A stretch of DNA of 64,000 nucleotides from Spirochaetaceae bacterium (GTDB taxonomy: Bacteria > Spirochaetota > Spirochaetia > DSM-2461), in contig OZ245056.1 in the NCBI GenBank assembly GCA_965224705.1, forward strand, positions 1,024,001 to 1,088,000, in the 5' to 3' direction. Positions 1-11,533 of this stretch are shown in pieces. The position numbers and the translations under genes are program-made. Positions within the stretch are counted from its first letter, which is position 1; every line of letters starts with the position of its first letter. Under the pieces are notes generated by a model. That model was given only the letters and a program-made list of their open reading frames with translations. It ran no database searches and was not told the origin of the DNA.

Positions 1-1
1 G

Positions 2-331
2 ATTCTGGTTTACAAACCACATTCCATCCTCTCCCAGGCCATATTTCGTATTGCAGACAAAATTCTTGAGATGAAAGAAGATAAAACCGGTCCATTAACG
101 GACCTGGAAGCCGATGATAGATTTAGAGCAGCAGAATTGGAAGCAGAATCTGATTTCTCCGCAAAGGTATCTTCACTGGAAGAACTGCTCCATAGTGGTG
201 CTTTATCACAGGGTGACTTAATTGAAACGATTCGATCACAACAGATGGAAATTGAAGCCCTCAAGAAGGAAAGTCGATTTCTCAGGAAGAAAATTCTCAA
301 AGCGGCAGAAAAAGGATATAAGGATTTATAG
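2..331 (+). CDS. 3' part of probable MinD/ParA-family ATPase (runs off window start)
   Basis: Frame open from base 2: ILVYKPHSILSQAIFRIADKIL resembles a MinD/FlhG C-terminus, followed by a coiled tail. Confidence 0.5.
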   Translation: MLVYKPHSILSQAIFRIADKILEMKEDKTGPLTDLEADDRFRAAELEAESDFSAKVSSLEELLHSGALSQGDLIETIRSQQMEIEALKKESRFLRKKILKAAEKGYKDL

Positions 332-938
332 TGAGCAGCAAGTTTTGAGAACAGCTGTAACTGGAGAGGTCTTGCTGAAAGAAGCCTTTCGTAAATCCAT
401 CCATGTAACAATTGTTTTTGTTCCAGCCCTGGCAGATTGGAATTCATATCTTACAGTCACCTTACTTTGTACAGGTATTCTCTTTTATCTTATGAATGAA
501 ACAGCTCGTATTATTGGTGTTGAATATGGCTTGATCAGCCGAATTACGGCAATAGCTTCCCGGTCAACTGAACAGGGATTTTTATGGGGTCCGATAACAT
601 TGGGGCTTGGTGCTTTGACAGCTATGCTCTTCTACCCTGATCCTTCTGCGAGACTGGCTGTTTACGCACTTGCTTTTGGGGATGGTGTGGCAAGTCTTGT
701 TGGAAAGCTCTGGGGTCGGCACAGTATTCCATGGCCAGGTAACAAAACTTTTGTCGGTTCTCTGGCATGTTTTACAGCTGTATTCATCAGCTCCTATCTC
801 TACCTACATTCAGTATTGCCTGCTTTGCTAACAGCTGCAGTTGCCACTTTGCTGGAGCTTATTCCCATCAAGGACTTTGACAATATTATAATTCCTGCGG
901 GAACAGGATTCATTCTGTATTTAGTTTATAACCATTGA
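222..938 (+). CDS. SEC59/phytol kinase/phosphatidate cytidylyltransferase-like membrane protein (true start probably near 345)
   Basis: EAFRKSIH, LAFGDGVASLVGK, NKTFVGSLACF, DFDNIIIP motifs; multiple TM segments. Confidence 0.8.
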   Translation: MKRFDHNRWKLKPSRRKVDFSGRKFSKRQKKDIRIYSEQQVLRTAVTGEVLLKEAFRKSIHVTIVFVPALADWNSYLTVTLLCTGILFYLMNETARIIGVEYGLISRITAIASRSTEQGFLWGPITLGLGALTAMLFYPDPSARLAVYALAFGDGVASLVGKLWGRHSIPWPGNKTFVGSLACFTAVFISSYLYLHSVLPALLTAAVATLLELIPIKDFDNIIIPAGTGFILYLVYNH

Positions 939-1732
939 TAGATTTTGTGCATCATCCAGGAAAAACCAATCACTCCGACTGTCATCAATATGGTGCCAAT
1001 AATGGCCAGGGTAATATCTCCGAAGAAGCTCAGGTCACTGCCAATAATTATGAACAGCAGGAATAATACCAGTGGATAGTACCTGTTATTCATTCGATTG
1101 ATACTTGTACCAGCCATTGATACTATTGCAAGGAACTCCAATGATAAACATGAAAGTGTCAGGGTTTTATCGATACTGGTCCTGTAGAGAAGGTTTCCCA
1201 TGGGTTGTGTGATATCCAGCGGAATCAATACAGCGATAGCAAGGGAAGTCAATGCTCCCATACCAAGGACATAACCGGATTGTCGAAGAGGCATATTGGA
1301 AGAGTAAAGGCCTATATTCAACAGGGCGGTGATACCGGCAAACCGGCCAAACCATGCGATTCTTGTGGATGCAATTCCCATGTCAGTATTGAACGGCAAT
1401 ACTAACCGGGCGGCCTGCAATGGAAGAAGAAGGAGGAACAGTCGAAGAAAAAAGAGTTCTGATGAGTGATGGAAACCGAATCCTTTTCTGAATCCAATTT
1501 CACCAAACAAACTTAGAAGAAGATAGACTGTTATTGTGAACAGAGCTCCTGCCAGGTCTTTTTCAGTATATGCTCGAGTGATTCCCCACCATACTTTTGT
1601 TGTCGGTGGGGAAAAAGAAGAAATCAAATCCAGCTTAATCAGATCGTACCATACGAAAACAACAGCCAATACACCAATTATAGCTGATACGAAGAGGCTG
1701 TTTAGAAGTACGCGGCGAATCGGTAAAGTCAC
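926..1732 (-). CDS. hypothetical multi-pass membrane protein
   Basis: 268-aa ORF with about 8 hydrophobic segments. Confidence 0.7.
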   Translation of the reverse strand: MTLPIRRVLLNSLFVSAIIGVLAVVFVWYDLIKLDLISSFSPPTTKVWWGITRAYTEKDLAGALFTITVYLLLSLFGEIGFRKGFGFHHSSELFFLRLFLLLLPLQAARLVLPFNTDMGIASTRIAWFGRFAGITALLNIGLYSSNMPLRQSGYVLGMGALTSLAIAVLIPLDITQPMGNLLYRTSIDKTLTLSCLSLEFLAIVSMAGTSINRMNNRYYPLVLFLLFIIIGSDLSFFGDITLAIIGTILMTVGVIGFSWMMHKIYQWL

Positions 1733-1855
1733 CCTGTCAGAATGACATAAGAGTTAGATTTTGGCCAGAGATGCCCCGTGTATAATTCCCTCATTATTCA
1801 ATATCAAAACTGGCTGAAAGAAATACCTGTATGCAATGTTTTCTGACGCACTCAA

Positions 1856-2875
1856 TCAGTTTTCCACATTGTACTCATTACCCACTTTTCTTGCCCTGAC
1901 CGTCTTATCCAGATTTACTCCTGCAACCAGTCCTGCTTCGACAAGCAAATTCCACCCTGCGGCCAGATACACATACTCCTTCCAGGTTCCGTGAGCAGGA
2001 ACCTGAAGAGTGGGAAAGAGTGTATCCCTGTCCGCGATAGCAATGACAGGTAAACCCACACCATCGGCCAGGCAGTCTTTTATTTTTGCCTCTTCCTCTG
2101 AAAATGGATCGATCAAAACAAGTACATCATTTTCGCTCATAATCTCTTCAATACCATGAGAAACGTAAGTGCCTTCCAGGTAGTCGGACGGTTTCCTGAC
2201 AATTTCGTTGGTTTTCAGTGTAAGCTCCTCGGCTACACCATCATTGCGACCGGCAAAATAAATTGTTTTTGCTCCTGCAACAGTTCTGCTCAGTTCATCA
2301 GGAATTGTCAGATGCAATGCCTCTGCCACTCCATCCGCTCCGAATGCTGTGTCTGGGAATTCTCGATTATTCAATTTCGTTATAACTGCCTGCCAGACCA
2401 TGGCCTGCTCGACAACACTTTTCGTTGCGGCGACAGCATTTTCTGCTCCACAGTTAAGAATGTAAGCGGCATCAGAAGCCGCTTCCAGAGGTGTTCCAGG
2501 ATGGGACATTATACTGGCAAGCCCGGAATGCCCCTTCAGTCGAAGTTTTTTATACAGGCTGATCAATTCCCGCGTCCGTCCTGAGTTGGAGGCTCCGAGC
2601 AGACCGTAACCTTCCAGATTATACTCCATGGCCTGGGCGGCTCCTTCGGTCAAAGGAACAAGGGGGCCCGAGTTCTGCAATGCTTCCGCAATAGCCCTTT
2701 TGGCCGGAAATATCCGGCTTGAACCTTCACCTGTAATCATAATCGACAAATAACCGGATACGAGTTCTGCTAAATGATCCACCGAAGAAGCTTCAAACTG
2801 ACGCATAACATCCGGTGTTTCCAGCATTTCATGGCAAAGAGCGAATTGTGTATATCGATCATCTATTCTATTCAT
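1856..2875 (-). CDS. SIS-domain sugar isomerase/deaminase (GlmS C-terminal-like)
   Basis: EMLETP, TGEGSS, SNSGRTRE, AVAATKS, EELTLKTNE motifs; ATG at 2875 overlaps upstream stop. Confidence 0.8.
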   Translation of the reverse strand: MNRIDDRYTQFALCHEMLETPDVMRQFEASSVDHLAELVSGYLSIMITGEGSSRIFPAKRAIAEALQNSGPLVPLTEGAAQAMEYNLEGYGLLGASNSGRTRELISLYKKLRLKGHSGLASIMSHPGTPLEAASDAAYILNCGAENAVAATKSVVEQAMVWQAVITKLNNREFPDTAFGADGVAEALHLTIPDELSRTVAGAKTIYFAGRNDGVAEELTLKTNEIVRKPSDYLEGTYVSHGIEEIMSENDVLVLIDPFSEEEAKIKDCLADGVGLPVIAIADRDTLFPTLQVPAHGTWKEYVYLAAGWNLLVEAGLVAGVNLDKTVRARKVGNEYNVEN

Positions 2876-3647
2876 TGTGTCTCCTGTAACGAATATATTG
2901 ACTGAGTTCTTCCTGGAGTAAGGGATTTTTCTGGAACCCTCCCCCCAGATGCTGCCAGTAGCATTCCGCATATTCTACATTGACCATGGAGCCAAGTTCA
3001 GCACTGAACTTCCTCATTTCATCAAAAAAATTATCCATCCCCTGCATTTTCTTCATTAATTCCTGCTGGGATTCGTGCTGAGAGAGCATTGTCATCTTTG
3101 TATCCATGGGTTTGCCTGAAATATCAACAAAGAAATGGGGCTCAGGAACCGGTCCTCCCAGAGGATCTGTAAAACCCATAGGCATCCCATGGTAGAGGAG
3201 GGGGGTGAACTTCAATGGCTCTTCGTCCGATGGAACATTGGGAAGGGTTGAAATCATGGCGGACGCATCCACAATACGGCAGGTGGTACGGTGATCCTGA
3301 TGGTAGTCAAAAGGCGGATGAGTAATAACGACTCCAGCCCTCACTTTGCGCATCAGGGAAACCACTTCAATACGAATATCCATGGCATCGAATAAAAACC
3401 CATCCCGGCGGTTAAAACAATGGTAATCAGCACCGATAACAGCAGCGGCCTTCTCTGCCTCAGCCAGTCTTACCCTGATGGTTTCCTGCTCGTTCATACT
3501 TATTCCGCCAAGTCCGCCAGCCGTCATGGTTGCAATGAAAATTCTCCATCCCCTGTCAGCCAGCAGGGACAGGGTACCGGCACTCCAGGCCTCCGCATCG
3601 TCAGGATGGGCCTGAATAATGAGTAGATTCTCAGGAAGCCGATTCAT
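2868..3647 (-). CDS. PIG-L/LmbE family deacetylase
   Basis: AHPDDAE, RLAEAEKAA, THPPFDYHQDH motifs. Confidence 0.9.
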   Translation of the reverse strand: MNRLPENLLIIQAHPDDAEAWSAGTLSLLADRGWRIFIATMTAGGLGGISMNEQETIRVRLAEAEKAAAVIGADYHCFNRRDGFLFDAMDIRIEVVSLMRKVRAGVVITHPPFDYHQDHRTTCRIVDASAMISTLPNVPSDEEPLKFTPLLYHGMPMGFTDPLGGPVPEPHFFVDISGKPMDTKMTMLSQHESQQELMKKMQGMDNFFDEMRKFSAELGSMVNVEYAECYWQHLGGGFQKNPLLQEELSQYIRYRRHNE

Positions 3648-3664
3648 AGGTGATACTCCTTATA

Positions 3665-6235
3665 TCAATGTTCAAAACGCAAACCCCTGGAATCAGAATC
3701 CACTTTTATTCTGTTCCCCTCAATAAATTTACCGGACAACAACATTTTTGCCAGAGGATTTTCAACCAGATCCCGGATAGCCCTCCTCAGGGGGCGGGCT
3801 CCATAGGCGGGATCATAGCCCCGCCTGGCAATGAGATCCTTCGCATTATCAGTAAAAACAATACTCATGCGTTTTTCCTCTATCCTGGATGCCAGCTTAC
3901 CCAGAAGGATGTCCAGAATTGACCGGATTTGTTTCTTACCGAGGGACTCAAACACAATGGTTTCATCTACCCGGTTAAGGAATTCAGGTTTGAATACCAT
4001 CTTTAGGCGTTCATCCAGTATGGTTCTGGTTTCCTCATTAATTCCCTTTTCAAGAATTATATCAGAACCGAGATTGCTGGTCATGATGATGAGTGAATGT
4101 CGGAAATCAACAACCTTTCCCTGACTGTCCGTCAGGCGGCCATCATCGAGGAGTTGGAGGAGAAGGTCGAAAACATCTGGATGTGCTTTCTCTATTTCAT
4201 CAAACAAAATCACGGAATAGGGTCTGCGGCGAACAACTTCTGTCAACTGCCCTCCTTCTTCATAGCCCACATATCCCGGCGGGGCTCCCACCAGACGGGA
4301 AACAGCGAATTTCTCCATGTACTCACTCATGTCGATGCGGGTGAGGGCCTTTTCATCATCAAACAGGAAGGCAGCCAGAGTTCTGGCCAGTTCCGTTTTC
4401 CCGACACCGGTGGGACCCAGAAATATAAACGATCCCAGAGGTCTTCCGGGATCTGATAAACCACTTCTATTTCGGCGAACCGCATTGGCAACAGCCTGCA
4501 CAGCAGCATCCTGCCCCACCACCCGTTTCATGAGAATGGTTTCCAGTGTAAGGTACTTCTCCTTCTCCGAGGTCATCATTTTTGATATCGGGATGCCTGT
4601 CCAGGCAGAAACTATCTGAGCAATATCTTCCTCACCAATTTCTTCCCTGAGTAGACTTTTCTCGCCCTGAAGTTTTTTCAAATGACCTGTCTTTTCATCA
4701 AGGATCCCCTGGGCTGTTGGGAGCTTTCCATGAAGAATTTCTGCGGCTAAGGCAAGATTGCCATCCCTTTTTGCTATGGATGCCTGGTCATTCAACTCTT
4801 CAATTGTCTGCTTAATTTCCCTTATTTCCTCAATAGCTCCTTTTTCATTTTCCCATTGAGTTTTCAATGCATCCCGTTCGGCACTCAGGTCTGCCAGTTC
4901 CTGGCTCAGGGTTTTCAATCTTTCCAGTGATGCAGGATCGCTTTCCCTGTCCAAAGATTGCTTTTCAATCATCATCTGAAGAACTTTTCGATCAAGGGAG
5001 TCGAGTTCCACCGGCTGGCTTTCGATTTCCATTTTTACATGACTGGCTGCTTCATCCACCAGATCCAATGCCTTATCCGGCAGGAAGCGGTTGGTGATGT
5101 ATCTATTGGAAAGGGCGGCGGCAGCGATCAGGGCTTCATCCCGAATACGCACACCATGATGAACTTCATACCTCTCACGCAGGCCGCGCAGGATAGCGAC
5201 CGTGTCCTCCACTGTAGATTCCGTAACCATTACCTGTTGAAAGCGCCGTTCAAATGCCGCATCCTTTTCAATGTGCTTGCGGTATTCATCAAGAGTGGTG
5301 GCCCCTATGGTGTGCAGATCACCCCGTGCCAGAGCAGGTTTAAGGAGATTGGACGCATCTGTTCCGCCTTCCACCGCACCGGCACCCATCACCGTATGGA
5401 GTTCATCAATGAATAGAATAATGCTGCCCTCAGAGGAGGTGACATCCTGAATCACTCCTTTGAGACGTTCCTCAAATTCCCCCCTGAACTTCGCACCGGC
5501 AACCAGAGAACCCATGTCCAGGGCAAGAAGCCTTTTACCGCGAAGTGAGTCCGGCACATCCCCATCAACGATGCGTCCGGCCAGGCCTTCAATGATGGCT
5601 GTTTTTCCCGTTCCCGGTTCACCAATAAGAACCGGATTGTTCTTTGTCCGCCTGCTGAGTACCTGCATCACTCTACGCACCTCGGTATCCCGGCCTATCA
5701 CCGGATCGAGTTTCCCCTGACGGGCCTGGCGAGTGAGATCCACTGTGTATTTTTCCAGAGCTCTGAATTTGCTCTCCGGGTCCTGATCGGTTACCCGACG
5801 GCTTCCCCTGATCTCTTTGAGGGCATTGAGCAGTGATTTTTTCTCACCGCCATGTTTCTTGAGAATCTGGCCTGCCGGGGTATTCGATCCTGCTATTGCC
5901 AGAAGAATATGCTCAACGGAAATATACTCATCTTTGAAATTATCTGCTTCCTTTTCAGCGGTTTTGAGTACTTTCGCCGCTGCCGTTGTCAGGCTTACTT
6001 GAACAGTATCTCCATAAGTACGAGGTTTGGCCTTGAAGACAGACTGCAGCTCAGCGTCCAGTTGTCCGGGTTCAATTCCCAGTCTGGCAAGAAGATGGGG
6101 TACGATTCCATCCTCCTGGACAATCAAAGCAGCAAGAATATGTTCCACATCCAGCTGGGCATGTCCTGCGGCTTCAGCCAGTTTCCCGGCAGATTCCAGA
6201 GCTTCCCGGCTTTTAATTGTGTACTGATCCTGCAT
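3665..6235 (-). CDS. clpB: ATP-dependent chaperone ClpB
   Basis: 856 aa; two AAA+ modules ([16 protein letters not shown]), [11 protein letters not shown], coiled-coil M domain, YGARPL. Confidence 0.97.
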   Translation of the reverse strand: MQDQYTIKSREALESAGKLAEAAGHAQLDVEHILAALIVQEDGIVPHLLARLGIEPGQLDAELQSVFKAKPRTYGDTVQVSLTTAAAKVLKTAEKEADNFKDEYISVEHILLAIAGSNTPAGQILKKHGGEKKSLLNALKEIRGSRRVTDQDPESKFRALEKYTVDLTRQARQGKLDPVIGRDTEVRRVMQVLSRRTKNNPVLIGEPGTGKTAIIEGLAGRIVDGDVPDSLRGKRLLALDMGSLVAGAKFRGEFEERLKGVIQDVTSSEGSIILFIDELHTVMGAGAVEGGTDASNLLKPALARGDLHTIGATTLDEYRKHIEKDAAFERRFQQVMVTESTVEDTVAILRGLRERYEVHHGVRIRDEALIAAAALSNRYITNRFLPDKALDLVDEAASHVKMEIESQPVELDSLDRKVLQMMIEKQSLDRESDPASLERLKTLSQELADLSAERDALKTQWENEKGAIEEIREIKQTIEELNDQASIAKRDGNLALAAEILHGKLPTAQGILDEKTGHLKKLQGEKSLLREEIGEEDIAQIVSAWTGIPISKMMTSEKEKYLTLETILMKRVVGQDAAVQAVANAVRRNRSGLSDPGRPLGSFIFLGPTGVGKTELARTLAAFLFDDEKALTRIDMSEYMEKFAVSRLVGAPPGYVGYEEGGQLTEVVRRRPYSVILFDEIEKAHPDVFDLLLQLLDDGRLTDSQGKVVDFRHSLIIMTSNLGSDIILEKGINEETRTILDERLKMVFKPEFLNRVDETIVFESLGKKQIRSILDILLGKLASRIEEKRMSIVFTDNAKDLIARRGYDPAYGARPLRRAIRDLVENPLAKMLLSGKFIEGNRIKVDSDSRGLRFEH

Positions 6236-6435
6236 GCAGCTACCTCCCTGGGGTCTTTACAAATCTAGCATTATAACTGGCTTTAGACAACGTGAACCGA
6301 TTCACTCAATTCTTCCGGCTGCCCTTCAGCGAGATGAATCCATCTGATTTCAGGTTCAAAGCCTGGCTGCTGTTATCCTTCAATTTATCGGGTATGTATA
6401 TTTTCATTGCTCCACGTCGCCATTACAATGAATCC

Positions 6436-6873
6436 ATGAGTGAAAAACGAGAAATAGTATTACTGCTGGACTGCTTCACCAGGACCGAGGCTGAAGCCGC
6501 TCTGTCCATGTATGCGGAAACTGGTGAAGACGCCTCAGTTGTCAGCGTTGCTCCTGTTACCGAACTGGTTGCAGCGCAGAATACTTCCGAGGCCATTGAA
6601 GCCGTGTTATCAAAACAGTGGCCTGGAGGAACACCCAGGACAGGAAATCGCCAGGGAGCATTGATTTCCGGGGCAGACAAACGAAGTGCTGTTATTCTCA
6701 TGCGTTGTTTCAAACAGGTACTGCCGAAGGATTCTGATCCTGCTTTTGCAATGGTTACCGAAACAGGTTTAACCTGGACAGTTGAAGAATACCTGGCTCA
6801 CATCCGAAAAGAGCATGACTTCATGAAAACGGCCAATCCTGCTGACGACCCGGATATGCGGGCCATGGATTAA
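6436..6873 (+). CDS. DUF3783-like hypothetical protein
   Basis: C-terminal FAMVTETGLTWTVEEYLAHIRKEH pattern; ATG at 6436. Confidence 0.6.
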   Translation: MSEKREIVLLLDCFTRTEAEAALSMYAETGEDASVVSVAPVTELVAAQNTSEAIEAVLSKQWPGGTPRTGNRQGALISGADKRSAVILMRCFKQVLPKDSDPAFAMVTETGLTWTVEEYLAHIRKEHDFMKTANPADDPDMRAMD

Positions 6874-6923
6874 TGATCCGCTGAAAAAAAATACACCGCT
6901 TCCCAGCGAAAAGCTGAAAAGCG

Positions 6924-9230
6924 GTGCAAACTATAATAGTTTCCAGGACAGGCATCAGGGGAAAGGAGGAAACCCCAAGCCTTCATAGTTTTTTAGAAGT
7001 AAAACCACGAAATGCAGAAAAGGTTACGAAATTGAGCAAAAAAACTTCACGTACGATTTATCTTTCTCGCTCAGAACGCAGAACAGGCGGACGACTTTAT
7101 CTCCGTTTCACAGCGATGAATGGTCTGAGTATAACATTTCTAGGGGAATCGACAGTGATACTGCTGGCCATGCATTTTGGGGCCCGGAATATTGAGCTAG
7201 GATTCATTTCAGGTATGATGCACATCTCCGGAATCATTCTGCTGATTATTCCCCGCCTGTTCAGGGATAGGAATATTGTAACGGTGGGATTCTGGGCGTG
7301 GATGATCCGGGGTCTCGCCAGTGTTCCTTACATTGCACTGTTTTATATTGAAGGCCGGAACGCTGTCATTCTAATCATGAGTCTGTACGCACTTTTCTGC
7401 GTCTCAAGAACAACCGGTATCTCCATGGTTACGACTGTTCAAAAACGCTTGTTATCCAATCGTACACTGGGAGAAGGGATATTCCGTGCTAGTTCATCAT
7501 TTCAGAGTACACAAATAGTTTCACGTCTTGTGAGCTATGGAATACTGTCTCTGAGATTCCTCTCGGATCTTAATGGATTGCTCATTCTTCAGGGACTTGG
7601 ACTTATTTCCAATACTCTGTCTGCCCTATCATTCAAGAGAATCCCCAATCGAACCCGGGTGGAGTATAAAAAGGGGAAGAATCTTTTTGTTATACTGGCA
7701 GAAAGTATTAAAAATCCCCAGCATCGCCGCATCCTTTTTCTTCGCTGGATCGCCCTGGGGCAGTTGATACTTTTTTCAATGTCCATTCCTTTTCTACGCC
7801 GTTCTGCTGGTTTTTCATCAGCCTCAATCTTTCTCTTCACCATCTCCCTCTCACTGGCAGCCTTGCTATCGAGTTTATCGCTCAGGCCCATAGTCAAGAG
7901 GGCAGGAAGTCGGCCCATACTCATTTTTGTCACCATACCAGCAGCAATTCTATTCTTCTGCTGGGCAATTCTTCCCACCTCTCTTTCATCTGAGTTCTTC
8001 ATCATTTTTGGTTTCAGTACTTTGTTCTTCTTGAACTCATCGCATCTGGCAGTCAATCAGATGCTGATGAGCATCACTCCTGATGACAATGCCGTCGGAT
8101 TTAATTCAATGGAAACCTTTGTTACCTCCCTGCTGGCCATCATACTTGGTTTCAGTGCCGGTTACCTGGCCGATCTATCCCCTACAATCTCTACCATATT
8201 GCCGATTAATGATTTCGGTCTGGTTTTCGTGCCTGCCTGTATTGGATCTGTGATTCAATCTTTACTGGCCTTGAAGATTTCGGAACCAGGAAGCATGAGT
8301 CTAAAAGACGCTGCAAGGATTATTACCCGGGTGGACAATTTGAAAATGTGGCAAACTATAGCCAACCTGGAAACTACAGCAAACCCGGTAAAAAGGAAAA
8401 CCCTGATCCATACTATGGGCCACAGCAATGCCCCTGTCGCATCTTCGGAAATAATCAAAATTCTCTCCGAACCCCTCTCGGTTGAAAAAGGTGACCTCAT
8501 TGAAACTCTCTTCTTCACTCCTCGTCCGGAACTCCTGGAGTTTCTTTGTGAAGAAGCTCTGAATAAGGAATCTTTTTACCGTGACAAGGCTGTTTTCGCT
8601 CTTGGGGCCTATTTTGACGACAGATCGATTTCTGCTCTGGAAATTCTGCTTGATGATGATGATCAATACATACAATCCATAGCCGCAAAGAGTCTCGGGC
8701 GATTGAGATCAACCAGGCATCTTGGAGCAATTCAACAGCGATGGAAGAAGTCCAGAAGTATTCAGGAAAGGTTGAATTACATGATCGGGCTTTTTCCTCT
8801 TGACCCCCACCGATTGTACATTGACGATCTTTTTTCACAGAAGATTGCAGATACAGGTGAACGAAGTCAGCAAACTTGTTTTACACTTCTGTCTCAACAG
8901 TTTGGTATGATTCCTCCACTGGGTATTTTATATAGAGATGAAGCAATGAGTTATGGTAAGGGATTGGAACTGCTGCTGGAGGAATCAAGGGACACCAGGT
9001 TTTTACTCGATCATGGGGAAGAGTTGGCCTTGTTATGGAAGGAGGGGCAGTACAAAAAGATCTGGGATTTGAATAAGGAGTTCCTTGACGGCCTGAACCC
9101 TCCTGCGGATATACTTCCGCTTGTTCGTGGGTTGCAGGGTTTTCCAACTGAAGGAGGGGATGCAGCCAACAGCCTGGCTGGTCTATATTTCTCCTATCAA
9201 ATTTCTACTGCTGAAAATGTTACTAAGTGA
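6924..9230 (+). CDS. MFS-type transporter fused to HEAT-repeat domain
   Basis: About 12 TM segments followed by HEAT-like AVFALG...AAKSLGRL; start uncertain. Confidence 0.75.
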   Translation: MQTIIVSRTGIRGKEETPSLHSFLEVKPRNAEKVTKLSKKTSRTIYLSRSERRTGGRLYLRFTAMNGLSITFLGESTVILLAMHFGARNIELGFISGMMHISGIILLIIPRLFRDRNIVTVGFWAWMIRGLASVPYIALFYIEGRNAVILIMSLYALFCVSRTTGISMVTTVQKRLLSNRTLGEGIFRASSSFQSTQIVSRLVSYGILSLRFLSDLNGLLILQGLGLISNTLSALSFKRIPNRTRVEYKKGKNLFVILAESIKNPQHRRILFLRWIALGQLILFSMSIPFLRRSAGFSSASIFLFTISLSLAALLSSLSLRPIVKRAGSRPILIFVTIPAAILFFCWAILPTSLSSEFFIIFGFSTLFFLNSSHLAVNQMLMSITPDDNAVGFNSMETFVTSLLAIILGFSAGYLADLSPTISTILPINDFGLVFVPACIGSVIQSLLALKISEPGSMSLKDAARIITRVDNLKMWQTIANLETTANPVKRKTLIHTMGHSNAPVASSEIIKILSEPLSVEKGDLIETLFFTPRPELLEFLCEEALNKESFYRDKAVFALGAYFDDRSISALEILLDDDDQYIQSIAAKSLGRLRSTRHLGAIQQRWKKSRSIQERLNYMIGLFPLDPHRLYIDDLFSQKIADTGERSQQTCFTLLSQQFGMIPPLGILYRDEAMSYGKGLELLLEESRDTRFLLDHGEELALLWKEGQYKKIWDLNKEFLDGLNPPADILPLVRGLQGFPTEGGDAANSLAGLYFSYQISTAENVTK

Positions 9231-9239
9231 GATATCTGT

Positions 9240-10301
9240 ATGAAGCTTAAGCCGAACATTGCATCCATGGAAGCCTATGTTCCTGGAAAGACTTCTCATG
9301 GGGCTGTCAAACTATCCTCCAATGAAAATCCTCTTGGTCCGTCTAAAAAGGCAATCCATGCCATCCAATCATCTCTGAATCAAATCAATCGTTATCCCGA
9401 TGGAGCATCCACGCAGCTGCGGCAGAGCATTGCCCATCTTTGGGAAACCTCACCGGCAAACCTTGTAATCGGAAATGGGAGTGATGAGGTGATTTCTCTT
9501 ATGGCAGCCGCCTGGCTGTCACCGGGAGAGAATGCTGTTGGCACCAGGCAAACTTTCAGCCAGTACCGCTACGCTGTTGCACTCTTCGGGGGAGAAATGA
9601 GGGAAATTGATTTGAGGTATGGGAAATACGATCTGGACGGCATGGCAGATTGTGTGGATGAGAATACCCGGTTGGTGTTCATCTGCAATCCCAACAATCC
9701 CACCGGCACCTATCTGAGCCACAATGCAATTTCCAGATTCATGGATAATTTGCCGGAAAGTGCCATTGTTATAATCGATGAGGCCTATGCCGATTTTGTG
9801 GAAGCCGGGGATTTTCCAGATTCAAAATTGTTGCTGAAACAGTATAAAAACATTGTAGTTGTCCGCACTTTTTCCAAACTTTACGGCCTGGCAGGAATAC
9901 GGGTAGGTTATGGTGTTGGAGATTCCATTCTGACCTCCGGAGCAGAACGGGCTTCCATGCCTTTCAATGTTAACAGCCTTGGTCAGATTGCCGCATTGGC
10001 TGCCCTTGAAGACGAAGACCATCGATGCCAGACCCTGAGTCTTATCCATAAGGAAAAGGCTTTTCTTACCGGGGAATTGAACCGACGTGATATATTCTAC
10101 TATCCCACCGAGGCCAATTTCATCTGCCTCGGTTTGGGCCGGGAGGTCTCCCATATCTGGGATTCTGTTGCCCTGGGTGGAATTGCTGTCCGGGATTTGA
10201 AATCATTTGGATTGCCGGAAATGATGAGGTACACATTCGGCACCCGCGAAAACAACAGGCGTCTCCTGTCTATTATCGATAAACTGCAGGCAGAAAAATG
10301 A
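9240..10301 (+). CDS. hisC: histidinol-phosphate aminotransferase
   Basis: KLSSNENP, GNGSDE, CNPNNPTG, DEAY, RTFSKLYGLAGIRVGY. Confidence 0.95.
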   Translation: MKLKPNIASMEAYVPGKTSHGAVKLSSNENPLGPSKKAIHAIQSSLNQINRYPDGASTQLRQSIAHLWETSPANLVIGNGSDEVISLMAAAWLSPGENAVGTRQTFSQYRYAVALFGGEMREIDLRYGKYDLDGMADCVDENTRLVFICNPNNPTGTYLSHNAISRFMDNLPESAIVIIDEAYADFVEAGDFPDSKLLLKQYKNIVVVRTFSKLYGLAGIRVGYGVGDSILTSGAERASMPFNVNSLGQIAALAALEDEDHRCQTLSLIHKEKAFLTGELNRRDIFYYPTEANFICLGLGREVSHIWDSVALGGIAVRDLKSFGLPEMMRYTFGTRENNRRLLSIIDKLQAEK

Positions 10302-10987
10302 GCGTCTTTCAGGGGGGCGCTGCCGTTTTAGCCGCAGTCTCATTCTGCCTTATATTTGCTTACAGAATTCAATATCATTTCATCCATCGGAAACAATCGA
10401 GAAATCTTGTTCTGAAGCTGTTCATCATTGGTCTCATGCTGCCCATTGCGGCTGTTTTGATTGAACTTATCGTCATTCCTCTCTGCCGCCTTTTACCTTC
10501 GCCGTTTATCATCCCGGCAACAGCCTTCCTGGGAATTGCTTTCGTTGAAGAGTTTGTTAAATTTGGAGGTATAGCACTTCTTCTTAAGCGGTATAGAGGC
10601 TCAATCAGTGTTTTTGATGGAGCATTATTCGGCATGGCTGCTGCTTCTGGCTTTGCCCTGGTTGAGAACATCATCTATGTAATTGGCTCTGAATCAGCTT
10701 TGAATGCTGCCCTGCTTCGAAACTTTACCGCATTGCCGCTTCATATCCTCACAGGGAGTTTTCTGGGAATTGCCTGTGCCCGGGAAAGAAAACCTCCCCT
10801 ATGTAATGCAGGAGAAGTGTTCTTCCTTGCCGCCGTTGTTACTCATGGTGCGTATAATTGGGTACTCAAGGAGAATCGCCTCCCTTCGATTCTGGCAGGA
10901 GCTATTCTTATTGTCGGATGGGCCATATTGATCGTCATTCTCCATCAAAACCGTAATACTGGAAGTGACGAAAAGGTGTTGACATAA
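10298..10987 (+). CDS. PrsW-family intramembrane metalloprotease
   Basis: EEFVK, GFALVEN, PLH, HGAYN motifs. Confidence 0.85.
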   Translation: MSVFQGGAAVLAAVSFCLIFAYRIQYHFIHRKQSRNLVLKLFIIGLMLPIAAVLIELIVIPLCRLLPSPFIIPATAFLGIAFVEEFVKFGGIALLLKRYRGSISVFDGALFGMAAASGFALVENIIYVIGSESALNAALLRNFTALPLHILTGSFLGIACARERKPPLCNAGEVFFLAAVVTHGAYNWVLKENRLPSILAGAILIVGWAILIVILHQNRNTGSDEKVLT

Positions 10988-11022
10988 TGTTCGCACTGAA
11001 GTATCTTCGTCAGCATATTCAA

Positions 11023-11095
11023 CGCAGGGTAGAGCAGTTGGCAGCTCGTCGGGCTCATAACCCGGAGGTCGCAGGTTCGAGTCCTGTCCCTGCTA
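11023..11095 (+). tRNA. tRNA-Met(CAT), initiator type
   Basis: Cloverleaf, anticodon CAT, unpaired C1, three G-C pairs in anticodon stem, GTTCGA T-loop. Confidence 0.95.
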
Positions 11096-11248
11096 GATAC
11101 TTTTTTTCGCCTGAAAAAAGAACACAAAAAGCTCTCTTCTGCGGCACAAGTTATTCCTGAAACTGGAATTTCAGTCATAGTGTAATCGGCTTCAGTGGAT
11201 TAACAGGTTGACCTTTTTCAGGAACTTTGATAATTTGAATGAACTTTC

Positions 11249-11322
11249 GGGGGTGTAGCTCAGTTGGCTAGAGCGCGTGAATGGCATTCACGAGGTCGTG
11301 GGTTCGACTCCCTTCACCTCCA
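11249..11322 (+). tRNA. tRNA-Ala(GGC)
   Basis: Cloverleaf, anticodon GGC, G3:U70 pair. Confidence 0.95.
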
Positions 11323-11439
11323 TAACCCGGTTTGAGGACCCGGTCGTTCAGGGAAAACCACGGCCGGGAAACCTGGCGTCACCCTGCTCTACGGGGAGCC
11401 TCTCGACTCGGATGAGGCTCATCTGCACGAAGCTGGCCC

Positions 11440-11530
11440 TGATGAAAGAGGAACTGAGGAACCGGGAGAATTTGACCACTCTTTTCGATTATCCTGATGA
11501 AATCCGAACGATCATTGACATTGCGAATCC
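11440..11530 (+). pseudogene. IS256-family transposase fragment
   Basis: ENLTTLFDYPDEIRTII resembles the IS256 FF.YP.EIR.IIYTTN motif; cut off by the adjacent MITE. Confidence 0.5.
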
Positions 11531-11533
11531 TTG

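Noticed and set aside
3650..6268. Plus-strand ORFs opposite clpB (likewise opposite carAB and cas genes)
   Set aside because: Antisense shadows of well-supported genes
11300..11322. tRNA-Ala 3' end as the island attachment site
   Set aside because: No second copy of the tRNA end and no adjacent integrase seen in the window
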